This document shows, in pieces, positions 39,104 to 49,487 of a DNA stretch of 64,000 nt. Origin of the DNA: Thermodesulfobacteriota bacterium (GTDB lineage Bacteria > Desulfobacterota > BSN033 > UBA1163). Each line of letters opens with the position of its first letter. Position 1 is the first letter of the stretch. The notes below the pieces were generated by a model. That model was given only the letters and a program-made list of their open reading frames with translations, ran no database searches and was not told the DNA's origin. Position numbers and translations under genes: made by a program. The stretch covers positions 8,012 through 72,011 of the forward strand of contig JBEKWN010000031.1 in the NCBI GenBank assembly GCA_049513055.1. Reading direction: 5' to 3'.

Positions 39104-39769
39104 ATGAAATTACGACTGATCGTAGTTTTGGGTGTTCTGTTTTTGGTGAGTCAGGTGAGTGCACAAGAAAATCTGGTCCTGAAAAATCAGAAGGACAAAG
39201 TTAGTTATATTATCGGCATGAACATTGGGAATGACCTAAAGAGACAGTCGATTGATATTAGCCCGAAAATTCTTGCAGAAGGGGTTCAGCAGGCCCTCGC
39301 CGGCTCCAAGCCCTTATTGACCGAGCAAGAGATTCAAGAAACCATGATGGCCTTCCAAAAAGAAATGATGGCGAAGCAGAAGGAGCGAGGAGATGCTTTT
39401 CTTGCTGAGAATAAGAAGAAGGAAGGGGTTAAAACCTTGCCGAGCGGTTTGCAGTATAAGGTGATCAAGGCAGGAACCGGTAAGAAACCCAAATTAAATG
39501 ATACCGTGATGACACATTATCGAGGGACCCTGATTGATGGGACTGAATTTGACAGCTCCTACAAGCGCGGGCAACCCGTAAGCTTTCTAGTTTCTGGTGT
39601 TCTTCCTGGTTGGACCGAAGCGTTGCAGCTCATGGAAGAGGGTGCGAAATGGCAGCTCTTTATTCCTTCAAATCTCGCCTACGGCGAGCGAGGTGCGGGG
39701 GGCATCATCGGGCCAAATGCAACGCTGATTTTCGAAATTGAGCTGATCTCGATTCAAGAGAAAAAATAA
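39104..39769 (+). CDS. FKBP-type peptidyl-prolyl isomerase (Mip/FkpA-like), exported
   Basis: Signal peptide, KVSYIIG, LPSGLQYKV, HYRGTLIDGTEFDSS, LAYGERG. Confidence 0.94.
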   Translation: MKLRLIVVLGVLFLVSQVSAQENLVLKNQKDKVSYIIGMNIGNDLKRQSIDISPKILAEGVQQALAGSKPLLTEQEIQETMMAFQKEMMAKQKERGDAFLAENKKKEGVKTLPSGLQYKVIKAGTGKKPKLNDTVMTHYRGTLIDGTEFDSSYKRGQPVSFLVSGVLPGWTEALQLMEEGAKWQLFIPSNLAYGERGAGGIIGPNATLIFEIELISIQEKK

Positions 39770-39839
39770 GGTCGTTCAGGGAATTGTAAAAGAAGTGCCT
39801 TCAAAAAGGCGGTAACAAGAGGGGGGGCGTAAACAAGAA

Positions 39840-40275
39840 ATGAAGAACCAATTTAGATGGATTATTGCCGTCCTTCTTTTTGTCATCTTTTTCTGATACG
39901 CTTCCTCCACCTGGGGTTAATGTGGAGATAAAGGAATTTAAAGAAGATACGACAGAAAGACCAAAAACAAGAGAATATTTTCAAAAGTCCAAGAGTGAAA
40001 GTATTCAGGAGAAAAGACCCTATAGGGATATCCATGTCATTATGTATATGACATCGTGGTGTCCCTATTGTGTCAAGGCAAGAACCTTTCTTCATTCTTT
40101 TGATGTTAATTTGATCGAATACAATATTGAAAGAGATAAAAGCAAAAGAGAAGAGATGCTGAGTAAAAACAGTGGCTCAACGGGTGTGCCCCTCATCGAT
40201 GTTGAAGGGATTATCATCAGAGGGTACAATCCTGATGCCCTTAAGGCAGCCATCGAAAGAAGAAGAAATCTATAA
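39840..40275 (+). pseudogene. Exported glutaredoxin/NrdH-like protein, frameshifted by deletion after the signal peptide
   Basis: ATG 39840 gives a signal-like MKNQFRWIIAVLLFVIFF*. The mature part is in another frame: FSDTLPP (DUF4124-like) ... MYMTSWCPYC ... GVPLIDV. Confidence 0.7.
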
Positions 40276-40489
40276 ATTTGGCAAATAATGTGTCAAGATC
40301 AAAACTTGGTTTGATAGATATTGTCAGGTAAGCCCCTCCCTAACCACTTCACTATAAAAATTTACTCTAAGATAGCTCTGGAAGGTAACGATTACTGATA
40401 GAAACATTCATGCCGACAAGTCGCCACAAAGAAGAATGAAGGTTCATCATCCCACGCTTAAAGTTTTTCCCCTTCTTGAGCCACCGAAT

Positions 40490-40999
40490 TCAAAGGCCTC
40501 TTTTTTTGAAGTCTCTTGAAAGGTCCACATAAAAGTTAGCTGCAGAAATAATCCTCTCTATCTCTTTTCTGTTCACAGTTCTCTTTATTCTGGCTGGTAC
40601 TCCTACCACCATAGATCTTGGAGGGACTTTAAAATTATCCTTCACCATCGAATGAGCACCGATAATACAGTAGTCACCAATTTCTGAGAAAATACCCAGG
40701 GTTGTATCCATTCCAATAAGAACATGATCCCCGATTCTGGCACAGTGGATGATGGAACCATGGCCCACCGTAACATTATTCCCAATCATTACGTCCGATA
40801 TCCCTGCATGGATGACACAATTATCCTGAATATTGCAATTGTACCCAATTTGAATTCGGAATCGATCAGCTCTTAGAACTGCCCCAGGCCAAATACTAGA
40901 ATTTCTCCCAATTTTTATATCTCCAACTACATAGGCATTCTCGCTGACAAAAACAGAGGCGTCAATTTTTGGCCTTTTCTTCCCCAAGCTTCTAATCAT
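40490..40999 (-). CDS. Gamma carbonic anhydrase family (hexapeptide repeat) protein
   Basis: SIWPGAVLRAD, NIQDNCVIH, TVGHGSIIH. Confidence 0.92.
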   Translation of the reverse strand: MIRSLGKKRPKIDASVFVSENAYVVGDIKIGRNSSIWPGAVLRADRFRIQIGYNCNIQDNCVIHAGISDVMIGNNVTVGHGSIIHCARIGDHVLIGMDTTLGIFSEIGDYCIIGAHSMVKDNFKVPPRSMVVGVPARIKRTVNRKEIERIISAANFYVDLSRDFKKRGL

Positions 41000-41230
41000 A
41001 ACTTCAACCTACTCCCTCCGATGAGAAAATGGTGGCGGCATCAAAATAGCATTAAGGAGTTCAAAATTAGTCAAGTATTCCTAATTTATGACAAGATGTT
41101 GCATTGTAGACACAAAAATTTAATTAGATCAAGGTATCAAATAAAAAAATTAAAATAGCACCGTGTTTAATATTTCATAGACGATACAATGGTGTTATGA
41201 CAAAAAAGTAACACCTCTTAGCTTTGGCAT

Positions 41231-41530
41231 TTAGCTCACCACGTGATACCGCCGAATATCCGGTTCAGCTGCGACGAGGTTGGGCAACTTGATCAAGGCA
41301 TCTTTGAAGTGCTTTGTGGCAAAGTGAGATTCGAGAGCTGTGTTGCTCTGCCACTTCTCTATTAAAGTGAAATCTGTTGGATCTTCGTTGTTTTGCAGCA
41401 GCTTGTAGCTTAGGCACCCAGGCTCCTTGCGAGTAGGCTCAACCAGAGAGCTGAGTACTGATAGGAGCTCGTTCACCTTGCCAGGGCGTGCCTTAACCCT
41501 TGCAATTACTCTCAAAGTATCTTCTGCCAT
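41231..41530 (-). CDS. ABM-domain protein (putative quinol monooxygenase)
   Basis: VIARVKARPGK, TRKEPGCLSYKL, ALESHFATKHF. Confidence 0.88.
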   Translation of the reverse strand: MAEDTLRVIARVKARPGKVNELLSVLSSLVEPTRKEPGCLSYKLLQNNEDPTDFTLIEKWQSNTALESHFATKHFKDALIKLPNLVAAEPDIRRYHVVS

Positions 41531-41730
41531 TCTTTACCTCCCTTCTTTCCTGCCTTCTCACAGCTTAGATTATGTAAATTATACGGCAGATGTGTCGTAT
41601 AATCAACAAGACATAGTATTGATTTTCAGCAGTAATCTTCATCATTAATAGGATACTTTCGAGTTAGGCCCTCATTAACTCCTTAATTTTCTTGAAAAAG
41701 GTTAAGACTCATGTTAATTTTGATTAAATT

Positions 41731-42453
41731 ATGAATGAAACGATGATTGAGATGCACCATGTTTCTAAGACTTATCCAAGTCAAATCTCCGCTCTTTCGG
41801 ATATCACCTTGGAGATCTTACTAGGAGAATTCATATTCATTGCTGGTCCCAGTGGTTCCGGGAAAAGCACCCTTCTTCGCATCCTATTCTGTGCAGAAAG
41901 ACCGACGAGTGGAGAGGTGATCGTTCATGGAATGCATATCACCCAACCTGGTTTCAAAAAAATTTATCAATTGAGAAGGACGATGGGAATCGTTTCCCAG
42001 GATTTCAAATTGTTACGGGACCGAACCGTGAACGAAAATATCGCCTTCGCTTTGGAAGTCACCGGTCATACCCGGAAGGAGGCAAAAAATAAAGCCTCGG
42101 AAATTTTGAAACGGGTGGGCCTTGAAGAGAGGGAAGGAGATTCGATTCTTGCTCTCTCAGCAGGAGAACAACAACGGGTAGCCATCGCTCGAGCCCTGGT
42201 CCATTCCCCACCCTTGATTCTCGCCGATGAGCCCACAGGGAATTTAGATGCCAAGATGACCCTGAGTGTTATGGATATCCTCACCGATCTCCACCAAAAA
42301 GGAACCACCATCGTGTTCGCCACTCAATTTACAGGACTGATTAAACGTTATTCCTATCGTATTATCCAGATTTTGAATGGGCAGATCTGGGATGGAAGAA
42401 AGGCGGACACGAATAAGATGAATAAGGTTGAAGAGGCGAAAGCAGGGGAATGA
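41731..42453 (+). CDS. ftsE: Cell division ABC ATPase FtsE
   Basis: [34 protein letters not shown]; upstream of ftsX. The H-loop reads ATQ rather than ATH. Confidence 0.9.
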   Translation: MNETMIEMHHVSKTYPSQISALSDITLEILLGEFIFIAGPSGSGKSTLLRILFCAERPTSGEVIVHGMHITQPGFKKIYQLRRTMGIVSQDFKLLRDRTVNENIAFALEVTGHTRKEAKNKASEILKRVGLEEREGDSILALSAGEQQRVAIARALVHSPPLILADEPTGNLDAKMTLSVMDILTDLHQKGTTIVFATQFTGLIKRYSYRIIQILNGQIWDGRKADTNKMNKVEEAKAGE

Positions 42454-43349
42454 CATTTTTTCTCCAATATGTGATGAGACGGACTTTCCAAAACATGATG
42501 GGAAACTTGTTCCCCAATCTCATCACCATTGGCATCATTGCCATCTCGATGCTCATCTTTTCGACCTTTACCTTGCTCGCTTACAATCTGACCAACTTCC
42601 TCAAGATCTGGGAAGATAAAATCGAGGTCATTGCCTACCTGAAGCGGGGAACTCCCTCCGGTGAGGTAGAACCCCTTTTAGATAAAACTCGTCTCCTCGA
42701 AGGGGTGGAGGTTGTGAGATATGTGTCTCCCTATGATGCGATGACCTTTATGGAAAAGAAGTTAGGCAGGCAGAAGAACCTTCTCGAAGGGATTCAGCCA
42801 GCGGTCCTTCCGCCTTCTTTGGAAATTCAATTGAAGAAAGAATACCGAAATTCCACAAAGATTAAAGAAGTGGTCACCCATTTAAAAAAGATTCCACAAT
42901 TCGAGGAAATTGAATATGGCCAGGAGTGGGTGGAGACATTTTCTGTGCTCGTCCATATCCTGCGCCTCACCCAATGGATCCTGGGAGGGCTTCTCCTCAT
43001 CGCGATCGTATTCATCACCTCCAACACCCTCCAATTAACCATCTCCTCCCGTCGGGAGGAGATCGAAGTGATGCACTGGGTGGGTGCGAGCCCTGGCTTT
43101 ATCCGAGTCCCCTTCTATGTGGAAGGGCTCATTCAAGGCCTCCTCGGAGGAGGATTGGCGATTCTTTTTCTCTTTTTATTGCATCAAGGGCTTTTTCTCT
43201 ACATCCCCCCGTCGATGCAAGCGTGGTTGGCAAAGATTCCTGTCCTTTTTTTACCACCGAAGACTATTGTCTGGATATTACTGGGGGGAATGGTCCTTGG
43301 TTTTTTTGGCAGCATCGTCGCTTCGATGAGGGTTCTGAAATATAAATGA
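42450..43349 (+). CDS. ftsX: Cell division permease FtsX
   Basis: Four predicted TM segments, SRREEIEVM..VGAS..FIRVPFYVEG. Confidence 0.92.
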   Translation: MTFFLQYVMRRTFQNMMGNLFPNLITIGIIAISMLIFSTFTLLAYNLTNFLKIWEDKIEVIAYLKRGTPSGEVEPLLDKTRLLEGVEVVRYVSPYDAMTFMEKKLGRQKNLLEGIQPAVLPPSLEIQLKKEYRNSTKIKEVVTHLKKIPQFEEIEYGQEWVETFSVLVHILRLTQWILGGLLLIAIVFITSNTLQLTISSRREEIEVMHWVGASPGFIRVPFYVEGLIQGLLGGGLAILFLFLLHQGLFLYIPPSMQAWLAKIPVLFLPPKTIVWILLGGMVLGFFGSIVASMRVLKYK

Positions 43350-44569
43350 AAGGGTCTTTGAATAGAAAATGGATAGGGGGATGGATCGGATGTTTCCTGA
43401 TAGGATGGATGTTCTTCTTCGGGATGCCTGACCTTGAGGTCGCCCGGACCGATCAGATAGATAAGGACATCACTCAAAAAAAGAAGGACCTCAAAGATAT
43501 TAAAAAAGAAATCAACTTAACCAAGGAGAAGGAAAAGGGGATTCGGGGAAAAGAATCCTCCATCCTTGGAACTCTCCATTTTCTGGAAGTTGAGCTTTAT
43601 CAGAAGGAGAAAGAATTAAAACAGATGGAGACGCAGTTGGTCCAAACCCAGGAGAGACTTCGTCAGACAAAGCACCAGATCGTCATGCTCGGCAAAGGAA
43701 TGGAGCACACCAAAGAAGAGCTCTTTTCCAGGCTGATCGCCCTTTATAAGATGGGAAGGATCCCTACGGAGGGTCTCCTTCTGACTTCACAATCTTACCC
43801 CGATCTATTGAGGCTTGATAAATATTTAAGAGTCATTATTGATTACGATGCTCGCCTGGTCGAGACCTATCGTTATCAAGTGGTTTTGAAAGAGCGATAT
43901 CAGGAGGAGTTGGTTCAGGATCAGTTCCAATGGCAGCGAAATATCTCTGGGATCGAGAAGAAGAAGAAGGAGATCACAAAGGTCAGTGGAGAGAAACGGA
44001 CACTGCTCAAGTCCATTCAGAATCAAAAGGTGGTTTACCAGAAACTTATTGGGGAATTGGAGGAGAGGGCCAAGGAACTTCAAACGCTCGTTGATAAACT
44101 GGAGCGGGGGAAGAGTCTTCTGGCTTACGGGCAATCGAAATATGAAACCCTCAAGGGGAAGCTCACCCCGCCCGTACAGGGGAAAGTGCTCAGTTTATTT
44201 AAAGAGAAGGGACAGAATGGGATTGAAATCAAAGCCCCGATGGGAGCCGAGATTCGAGCGGTTCTCTCCGGGAAAATTCTCTATGCCGATTGGTTCAAAG
44301 GGTTTGGAAATATTGTGATCATCGATCATGGAGATCATACCTTTACTGTCTCTGGTTACTGTTCTGAATTATTAAAGAAACCTGGAGATGCTGTTTCCCA
44401 GGGGGAAACGATCGCCCTGGTAGGGAGCGTGGGATCGTTGAAGGGTCCTTGCCTCTATTTCGAAATCCGTCATCACGGAAAACCTCAGGATCCCATGGAA
44501 TGGCTCTCTCACTTAGATCGAGTCGTTTCCCTTCCAGAGGAGAATAAAAAAGGAAAGAAGGGATTATAA
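43346..44569 (+). CDS. envC: Murein hydrolase activator EnvC (coiled coil plus degenerate M23 domain)
   Basis: Long coiled coil, NGIEI, GFGNIVIIDHG, LYFEIRH..PQDP; follows ftsEX. Confidence 0.88.
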   Translation: MKGSLNRKWIGGWIGCFLIGWMFFFGMPDLEVARTDQIDKDITQKKKDLKDIKKEINLTKEKEKGIRGKESSILGTLHFLEVELYQKEKELKQMETQLVQTQERLRQTKHQIVMLGKGMEHTKEELFSRLIALYKMGRIPTEGLLLTSQSYPDLLRLDKYLRVIIDYDARLVETYRYQVVLKERYQEELVQDQFQWQRNISGIEKKKKEITKVSGEKRTLLKSIQNQKVVYQKLIGELEERAKELQTLVDKLERGKSLLAYGQSKYETLKGKLTPPVQGKVLSLFKEKGQNGIEIKAPMGAEIRAVLSGKILYADWFKGFGNIVIIDHGDHTFTVSGYCSELLKKPGDAVSQGETIALVGSVGSLKGPCLYFEIRHHGKPQDPMEWLSHLDRVVSLPEENKKGKKGL

Positions 44570-44599
44570 AGAAGTCTCTCAAAAACAAATAAATCTTTA

Positions 44600-44730
44600 T
44601 CAGAGACCTCTGATTACATGGATTTCAAAAAATGATTAAACAGATTTTCTCTATTTCCAATACATTCCTGCCGGCGGCAGGCAGGTCTAATCTGTGTAAT
44701 CGTTTCATAATCTCTGTAATCAGAGATTTC
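44600..44730. repeat. Intergenic 9-nt tandem-repeat hairpin (GATTACAYR / AATCTGTGT) containing a 19-bp palindrome at 44667-44685
   Basis: tctgattacatggattt..gattaaacagattt .. CCTGCCGGCGGCAGGCAGG .. aatctgtgtaatc..aatctctgtaatcaga. Confidence 0.7.
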
Positions 44731-44764
44731 TGGACTTTTTAGAAATCTCATAAAGGAGGATGAT

Positions 44765-46105
44765 ATGTCTCAATGGAAAAGAATCGGAAATTTTAGAATC
44801 GTTTTGGTGATCTTTGCGGTCTTCCTCATCGGAGTCCTCATCGGGTCGGGCCAATCTCAAAGAGTTTCAGCCCTTTCCAATAATATGTATGAAGACCTGA
44901 AGGTGTTTACGGATGTCCTCGGTCTCATTCAGAAGGATTATGTCGAGGAGACGAAATCGAAGGACCTGGTCTACGGGGCGATCAAAGGGATGCTGGAAAC
45001 CTTAGACCCCCATTCCGCCTTCATGCCTCCTAATATGTATAAAGAGATGCAGGAAGAGACAAAAGGTCGGTTTGAAGGATTGGGAATCGAGATCACTATG
45101 AAGGATGGTATTCTCACCGTCGTCTCTCCCATCGAAGAAACTCCCGCCTACAGGGCTGGGATCCTGGCCGGGGATCAGATTATTAAGATCGATGGAGAAT
45201 CGACAAAAAATTTCACCCTCATGGATAGCGTGAAACGATTGCGAGGCCCAAGGGGAAGCAAAGTCACGATCACCATCATGCGAGAAGGCTTCACCAAACC
45301 TAAAGAATACACGTTGGTCCGGGATGTCATCCCCGTTCGAAGTGTCCGCCATGAATTGTTAGAAAAAAATTACGGGTATATTCGCCTCTCCCAATTTCAA
45401 GAAAAGACAGATGATGAATTTGAGAAGGCAATGAAGGCATTGGAGGAGGAGAGCAAGGGAACCTTGAAAGGTTTAGTCCTTGATCTTCGGAACAACCCAG
45501 GAGGCCTTTTGGATCAAGCCGTCAAAATAGCAGATCGATTCATTGACTCGGGTCTGATTGTTTCTGTGGAAGGGAGAAAAGAGGATCAGAAAATGAAATT
45601 TTATGCTCACCCTGATGGGAGTGCTTCCCGTTATCCACTGGTCGTCTTGGTCAACGGCGGGAGCGCCAGCGGTGCAGAGATCGTGGCAGGTGCCATTCAG
45701 GACCAAGGTCGTGGCATACTCGTCGGAACTCAGACCTTTGGAAAGGGATCGGTTCAAACAATCATCCCGTTGAAGGATGGATCGGGTTTGAGGCTGACCA
45801 CCGCAAGATACTATACCCCGAACGGTCGTTCCATCCAGGCCAAAGGGATTGTGCCTGATATCATCGTCAAACCTTCAAAGCCTGAGGAGGAGAAGGAAGT
45901 CCTTATTCCCAAGCTCCCTACGGAAAGGGATTTGGAGAGACATTTGATGGATGTGGAGAAGGGAGCCCCCAAGGAGAAAGAAAAGTCAAAGAAGGAAGAG
46001 GTGAAGGAGAAGAAACCGGTCGATAATCAACTGGAACGAGCCCTTGATCTCCTCAAAAGTTGGGATATTTTTAAAAATATAGCCAAAGGGAAACAGACCC
46101 CATAG
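44765..46105 (+). CDS. ctpA: S41 family carboxy-terminal processing protease
   Basis: LDPHS, GLGIEI (PDZ), LDLRNNPGGLL, SASGAEIVAGA, TFGKGSVQ. Confidence 0.93.
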   Translation: MSQWKRIGNFRIVLVIFAVFLIGVLIGSGQSQRVSALSNNMYEDLKVFTDVLGLIQKDYVEETKSKDLVYGAIKGMLETLDPHSAFMPPNMYKEMQEETKGRFEGLGIEITMKDGILTVVSPIEETPAYRAGILAGDQIIKIDGESTKNFTLMDSVKRLRGPRGSKVTITIMREGFTKPKEYTLVRDVIPVRSVRHELLEKNYGYIRLSQFQEKTDDEFEKAMKALEEESKGTLKGLVLDLRNNPGGLLDQAVKIADRFIDSGLIVSVEGRKEDQKMKFYAHPDGSASRYPLVVLVNGGSASGAEIVAGAIQDQGRGILVGTQTFGKGSVQTIIPLKDGSGLRLTTARYYTPNGRSIQAKGIVPDIIVKPSKPEEEKEVLIPKLPTERDLERHLMDVEKGAPKEKEKSKKEEVKEKKPVDNQLERALDLLKSWDIFKNIAKGKQTP

Positions 46106-46209
46106 TTGAATGAACAGCTTGGGTGAACCGAAACGGTGAAGCATTGTACAATGGTCTGCTGAATTTTGGCATGACGATATTTACAACAACGGGGTAGAGT
46201 TAGTCAAAG

Positions 46210-47355
46210 ATGGTTAGGCCATCGGCACATCGACTCAGGAAAGGGAGACTAAGGAGTCGGATCGGTTACCTCCTCTCCTTTCTCCTCGGTGTCCTTCTGA
46301 CCTTTGGCGGAGTCACCTATCTGGCACGAGAAAAACCTTTCTCTCCAGAGGATTTTTCTCAGAAAGTTTTTCTGGTTGACCAAATTATTCAAAGCCAACT
46401 CTATGAGATTGGTATTCAGAAAAAGAATATCCTTCTTCACCGATCGTCTTTAAAAAAAGAGGGGGGCCTGGTCTGGGAACAGTCTTCCTTGAAGGTCCAG
46501 GTTCTCCCCTCTCTTCCTTTTTCGCTGATTGAAGGGAATTTTAAGCGAAGCCTTTCTGCCCTCGGAAAACCCGTTTCGATTCAATCTTCCCAAATATCAG
46601 AATCCCTCCATCTGGAGGTCAAGGTTTTGGATCGAGTCACCCATCAGCTTACCTTTTTCTCCTCTATCCCATCCACTCTGAAAACTGCTCTCCGCCCTAA
46701 GATTGCTATTGTCATTGACGACCTTGGGGGAGAAAACAAAATTTCTCAAGAACTCCTTCTTTGGGATCTTCCAATCACCTTTTCCATTCTTCCTTTCACC
46801 CCCTATTCTAAAACTCTTGCTGGAGAGGCTCACCGAAAGGGAAAGGAAGTCATCCTCCATCTTCCCATGGAGCCCCGTGGCTATCCACAAATCAAGCCTG
46901 GCGAAGGAGTTCTCCTTGAAGAGATGGATGAAGCGAGATTGCTTCGCCAACTCTCCAAAGATATCGAGGCGGTCCCTTATATCAAAGGGGTAAGCAATCA
47001 TATGGGATCTCGATTGATGGAAGATCCTGAGAAGATAAGGATTGTCTTTTCTGAATTGAAAAGAAGAGGACTTTTCTTTTTAGATAGTCGGACCACTCCT
47101 CAAACCGTTGGTCTCGAAGTTGCCCAATCTGTCGGCTTGAAGGCCATGGAGAGAAGTCTTTTTATTGACCATTCGTCGGATGAAGAAGAGATCAAACAGA
47201 AACTGGAGCGGCTGATCCAATACTCCCTCTCCACTGGGAAAGCAATCGGGATTGGCCACCCTCATCCCTCCACGCTCAAATCTCTCAAGGAGATGATTCC
47301 CAAGATGAAGGAGAAAGGAATCGAGATTGTTCCTCTCTCTGCGGTGATGGAATAA
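46210..47355 (+). CDS. Divergent polysaccharide deacetylase (YibQ family)
   Basis: IAIVIDDLG, LHLPMEP, GVSNHMGS, FFLDSRT, AIGIGHP. Confidence 0.92.
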   Translation: MVRPSAHRLRKGRLRSRIGYLLSFLLGVLLTFGGVTYLAREKPFSPEDFSQKVFLVDQIIQSQLYEIGIQKKNILLHRSSLKKEGGLVWEQSSLKVQVLPSLPFSLIEGNFKRSLSALGKPVSIQSSQISESLHLEVKVLDRVTHQLTFFSSIPSTLKTALRPKIAIVIDDLGGENKISQELLLWDLPITFSILPFTPYSKTLAGEAHRKGKEVILHLPMEPRGYPQIKPGEGVLLEEMDEARLLRQLSKDIEAVPYIKGVSNHMGSRLMEDPEKIRIVFSELKRRGLFFLDSRTTPQTVGLEVAQSVGLKAMERSLFIDHSSDEEEIKQKLERLIQYSLSTGKAIGIGHPHPSTLKSLKEMIPKMKEKGIEIVPLSAVME

Positions 47356-47358
47356 AAT

Positions 47359-47433
47359 CGGTTCGAACGTTATGACCGTTTAGAACGTTTTGATCGTTTA
47401 ACGATCTTAACGAGCTCAACGATCCAAACGATA
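47359..47433. repeat. 9-nt tandem-repeat hairpin (CGTT.../AACG...) between convergent genes; possible bidirectional terminator
   Basis: cggttcgaa cgttatgac cgtttagaa cgttttgat cgttt / aacgatctt aacgagctc aacgatcca aacgat, followed by a T-run. Confidence 0.75.
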
Positions 47434-47518
47434 TCTTTTTTGCTCTCCCATCAATATTAAGGCCAGGAAAGCCTCTATGAGATCTGTCCCCCAGGCCCTC
47501 TCGCTCCTTTCTGCAATC

Positions 47519-47537
47519 CCTGCCTGCGGCAGGCAGG
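47519..47537. repeat. 19-bp palindrome CCTGCCTGCGGCAGGCAGG interrupting a 7-nt array
   Basis: Removing it restores ttctgc aatctga aatttaa aatctgc. Confidence 0.75.
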
Positions 47538-47556
47538 TGAAATTTAAAATCTGCGA

Positions 47557-48537
47557 TCAGTTGTAAATCTTACTCTTCAAGACCCTCGCTGGCCCTTTTT
47601 TCACCTTACCGATGACCTGGAAGGGAATGGAATTTCTTCTGAAGGCTTTTTGAAGTGGGGAAAGGTCTGATGGAGATAGGGTTAATAGCAATGCCCCGGA
47701 AGCGATGACACCGAGAGGGTTCAATCCAAATTGCTCACAGAGGATACGGGATTCTTTGTAGATGAAAACTTTTTCTAAATTGACTTCTATCTCTTTTTCA
47801 GAGGCCCATGCCATCTCGATCACCCCATTGATCAAACCTCCCTCTGTCGGATCATGCATCGAATGGACAGAGGCGACCTCACAAGCAATCCGGGCAGGTC
47901 GAAGGACATCGATGCCAGGATCGAAAATAAATCTCTTTGCCTTTCGAATCAAGGAAGAGGAAATGCCCCTTTTCAAAAGTTCAGCTTCCTTTTCCCTTGC
48001 CATAATCGAAGTTCCTTCAATGCAGATTCCCTTGACCAGGAGAAGGAGGTCTCCAGGCATTGCGCCACTGGTGGTCACCAGCTTATCTTTTTTGACCTCT
48101 CCAATCATATGACCGGAGAGGATCATTTTTTTAATCCCGGGTGTGATCTCTGTATGCCCGCCGATAAAAGAGATTTTAAATCGGTGACAGGCATTATGAA
48201 TTTGCTTGAAAACCTTTTCGATGACCTTTAGATCTGACCCTTCTGGAAAGAGGAGAGTCGCTAAAAACCATTTGGGGATCGCCCCCATTGTTGCAATGTC
48301 ATTCAGATTGACCACCACTCCATAATATCCAATCTCCTCTGTCGTAAAGGTAATTGGATCTGAAGTAATTACCCAGTAATGATTGGTTCCCTTCCCCAGA
48401 TCAATGACCGCAGCATCTTCACCGATCTTTGGACCTACGACTACCTGGGGATCAAGAATCGTGTTTCTTTCTAAAAATCTTTTCAGAATATCGATGTCCA
48501 ATTTCCCAGTCTTCAGGAGTCTTGTTTTCCGTTTCAA
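47557..48537 (-). CDS. AIR synthase-related (HypE/PurM-like) protein
   Basis: GPKIGEDAAV, SDPIT, NLNDIATMGA, GGHTEIT, MHDPTEGG. Confidence 0.9.
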   Translation of the reverse strand: MKRKTRLLKTGKLDIDILKRFLERNTILDPQVVVGPKIGEDAAVIDLGKGTNHYWVITSDPITFTTEEIGYYGVVVNLNDIATMGAIPKWFLATLLFPEGSDLKVIEKVFKQIHNACHRFKISFIGGHTEITPGIKKMILSGHMIGEVKKDKLVTTSGAMPGDLLLLVKGICIEGTSIMAREKEAELLKRGISSSLIRKAKRFIFDPGIDVLRPARIACEVASVHSMHDPTEGGLINGVIEMAWASEKEIEVNLEKVFIYKESRILCEQFGLNPLGVIASGALLLTLSPSDLSPLQKAFRRNSIPFQVIGKVKKGPARVLKSKIYN

Positions 48538-48649
48538 GGCTTTTCCTCCGAAGGCATTAAACCAAATTTCATTAAGAGGTGCAAGTGCCTTGTTAGAGGA
48601 GAGATGGATTAATCGTAGATTGATTTGGTAGAGATTATTTTTGATGAGT

Positions 48650-48856
48650 TCAGGGCTTAATAATCAGTTCGATCTGGGGAGCTCCCTTCTCTGTCTTCAT
48701 GCCAACGGAGTAGGAACAATAGGCACAGAGGTATTCATATTGATCGCCTTCAGGTAAGACCAAAAGCAATCTCTTTCTTACGGGCACTGCTGCCTTACAC
48801 CTGGGACAGTAAAGGGAGGTCGCTTCGAACTGTTCAAAACTTGGTTTTTGCATCAT
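48650..48856 (-). CDS. Small zinc-ribbon protein
   Basis: LYCPRC...YLCAYC dual CxxC. Confidence 0.75.
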   Translation of the reverse strand: MMQKPSFEQFEATSLYCPRCKAAVPVRKRLLLVLPEGDQYEYLCAYCSYSVGMKTEKGAPQIELIIKP

Positions 48857-48924
48857 ATTAATTATTATAAGGAAAAATGGATTCCACGGCAACCTTTTTT
48901 AACTTATTTTCCCTTCTAATTTCA

Positions 48925-48978
48925 TCGTGAATTTTTTCTCATTCTTTCATTGACTTTTTATTTTTACACATTTATAAT
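48925..48978 (+). promoter_or_regulatory. Sigma70 promoter of the redox cluster with an upstream Rex-like box
   Basis: TTGACT (48950) - 17 nt - TATAAT (48973). TCGTGAA-TTTT-TTCTCAT at 48925-48942 resembles TTGTGAA-N4-TTCACAA. Confidence 0.6.
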
Positions 48979-49016
48979 CGCATCGAAAAAAAGCCTAAGG
49001 GATAAGGAGATTCGAT

Positions 49017-49382
49017 ATGGGAATTAAAGTTGATCCAAAGAAATGTGTTTCATGTATGGCTTGTGAAATGGCCTGCGGTTATCACAGAGATGATGGATTT
49101 GCTCTGCTTTCTTCCTGTATTATGGTCACTCGGGGAAGGGAAAAGAAAGATTACTCGGCAGTGGTCCTGAAGGAAGAAGAAAACCTGGTGATCGCCAGGC
49201 CAGAGGGATTGGAAATTCGGAGAATCGGTGCTGTGGGGGAGGGAGCCGGAGCTGACCAAAGCAAAAGTGATGCCTCAGCAAAACCACTTCTGCTGAGAGA
49301 GCCCTGTGATCTCTGCAGCGATCGGGAGGATGGGCCTCTTTGCTTACAGTTCTGTCCTGTCAATGCGATCTCGATGGATTGA
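49017..49382 (+). CDS. 4Fe-4S ferredoxin-type protein
   Basis: CVSCMACEMAC; CDLC..PLCLQFCP. Confidence 0.85.
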   Translation: MGIKVDPKKCVSCMACEMACGYHRDDGFALLSSCIMVTRGREKKDYSAVVLKEEENLVIARPEGLEIRRIGAVGEGAGADQSKSDASAKPLLLREPCDLCSDREDGPLCLQFCPVNAISMD

Positions 49383-49452
49383 TTAAAGAGATTTCTGAAA
49401 AAACGTGCAAATCTCAATCTGTGTAATCATCTTTGAAATCTGCGTAATCAAG
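49378..49452. repeat. Intergenic 9-nt repeat hairpin, same family as 44600-44730
   Basis: gattgattaaagagattt ... aatctcaatctgtgtaatc .. aatctgcgtaatc. Confidence 0.65.
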
Positions 49453-49487
49453 AGAGCTTCGGGGTTCTCTAAAGAGGGAGATGAGAG

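Noticed and set aside
42310-42335. FtsE H-loop His replaced by Gln (FATQ) as a sign of inactivation
   Set aside because: Single-residue observation in an otherwise intact ftsEX-envC operon; cannot be interpreted without an alignment.
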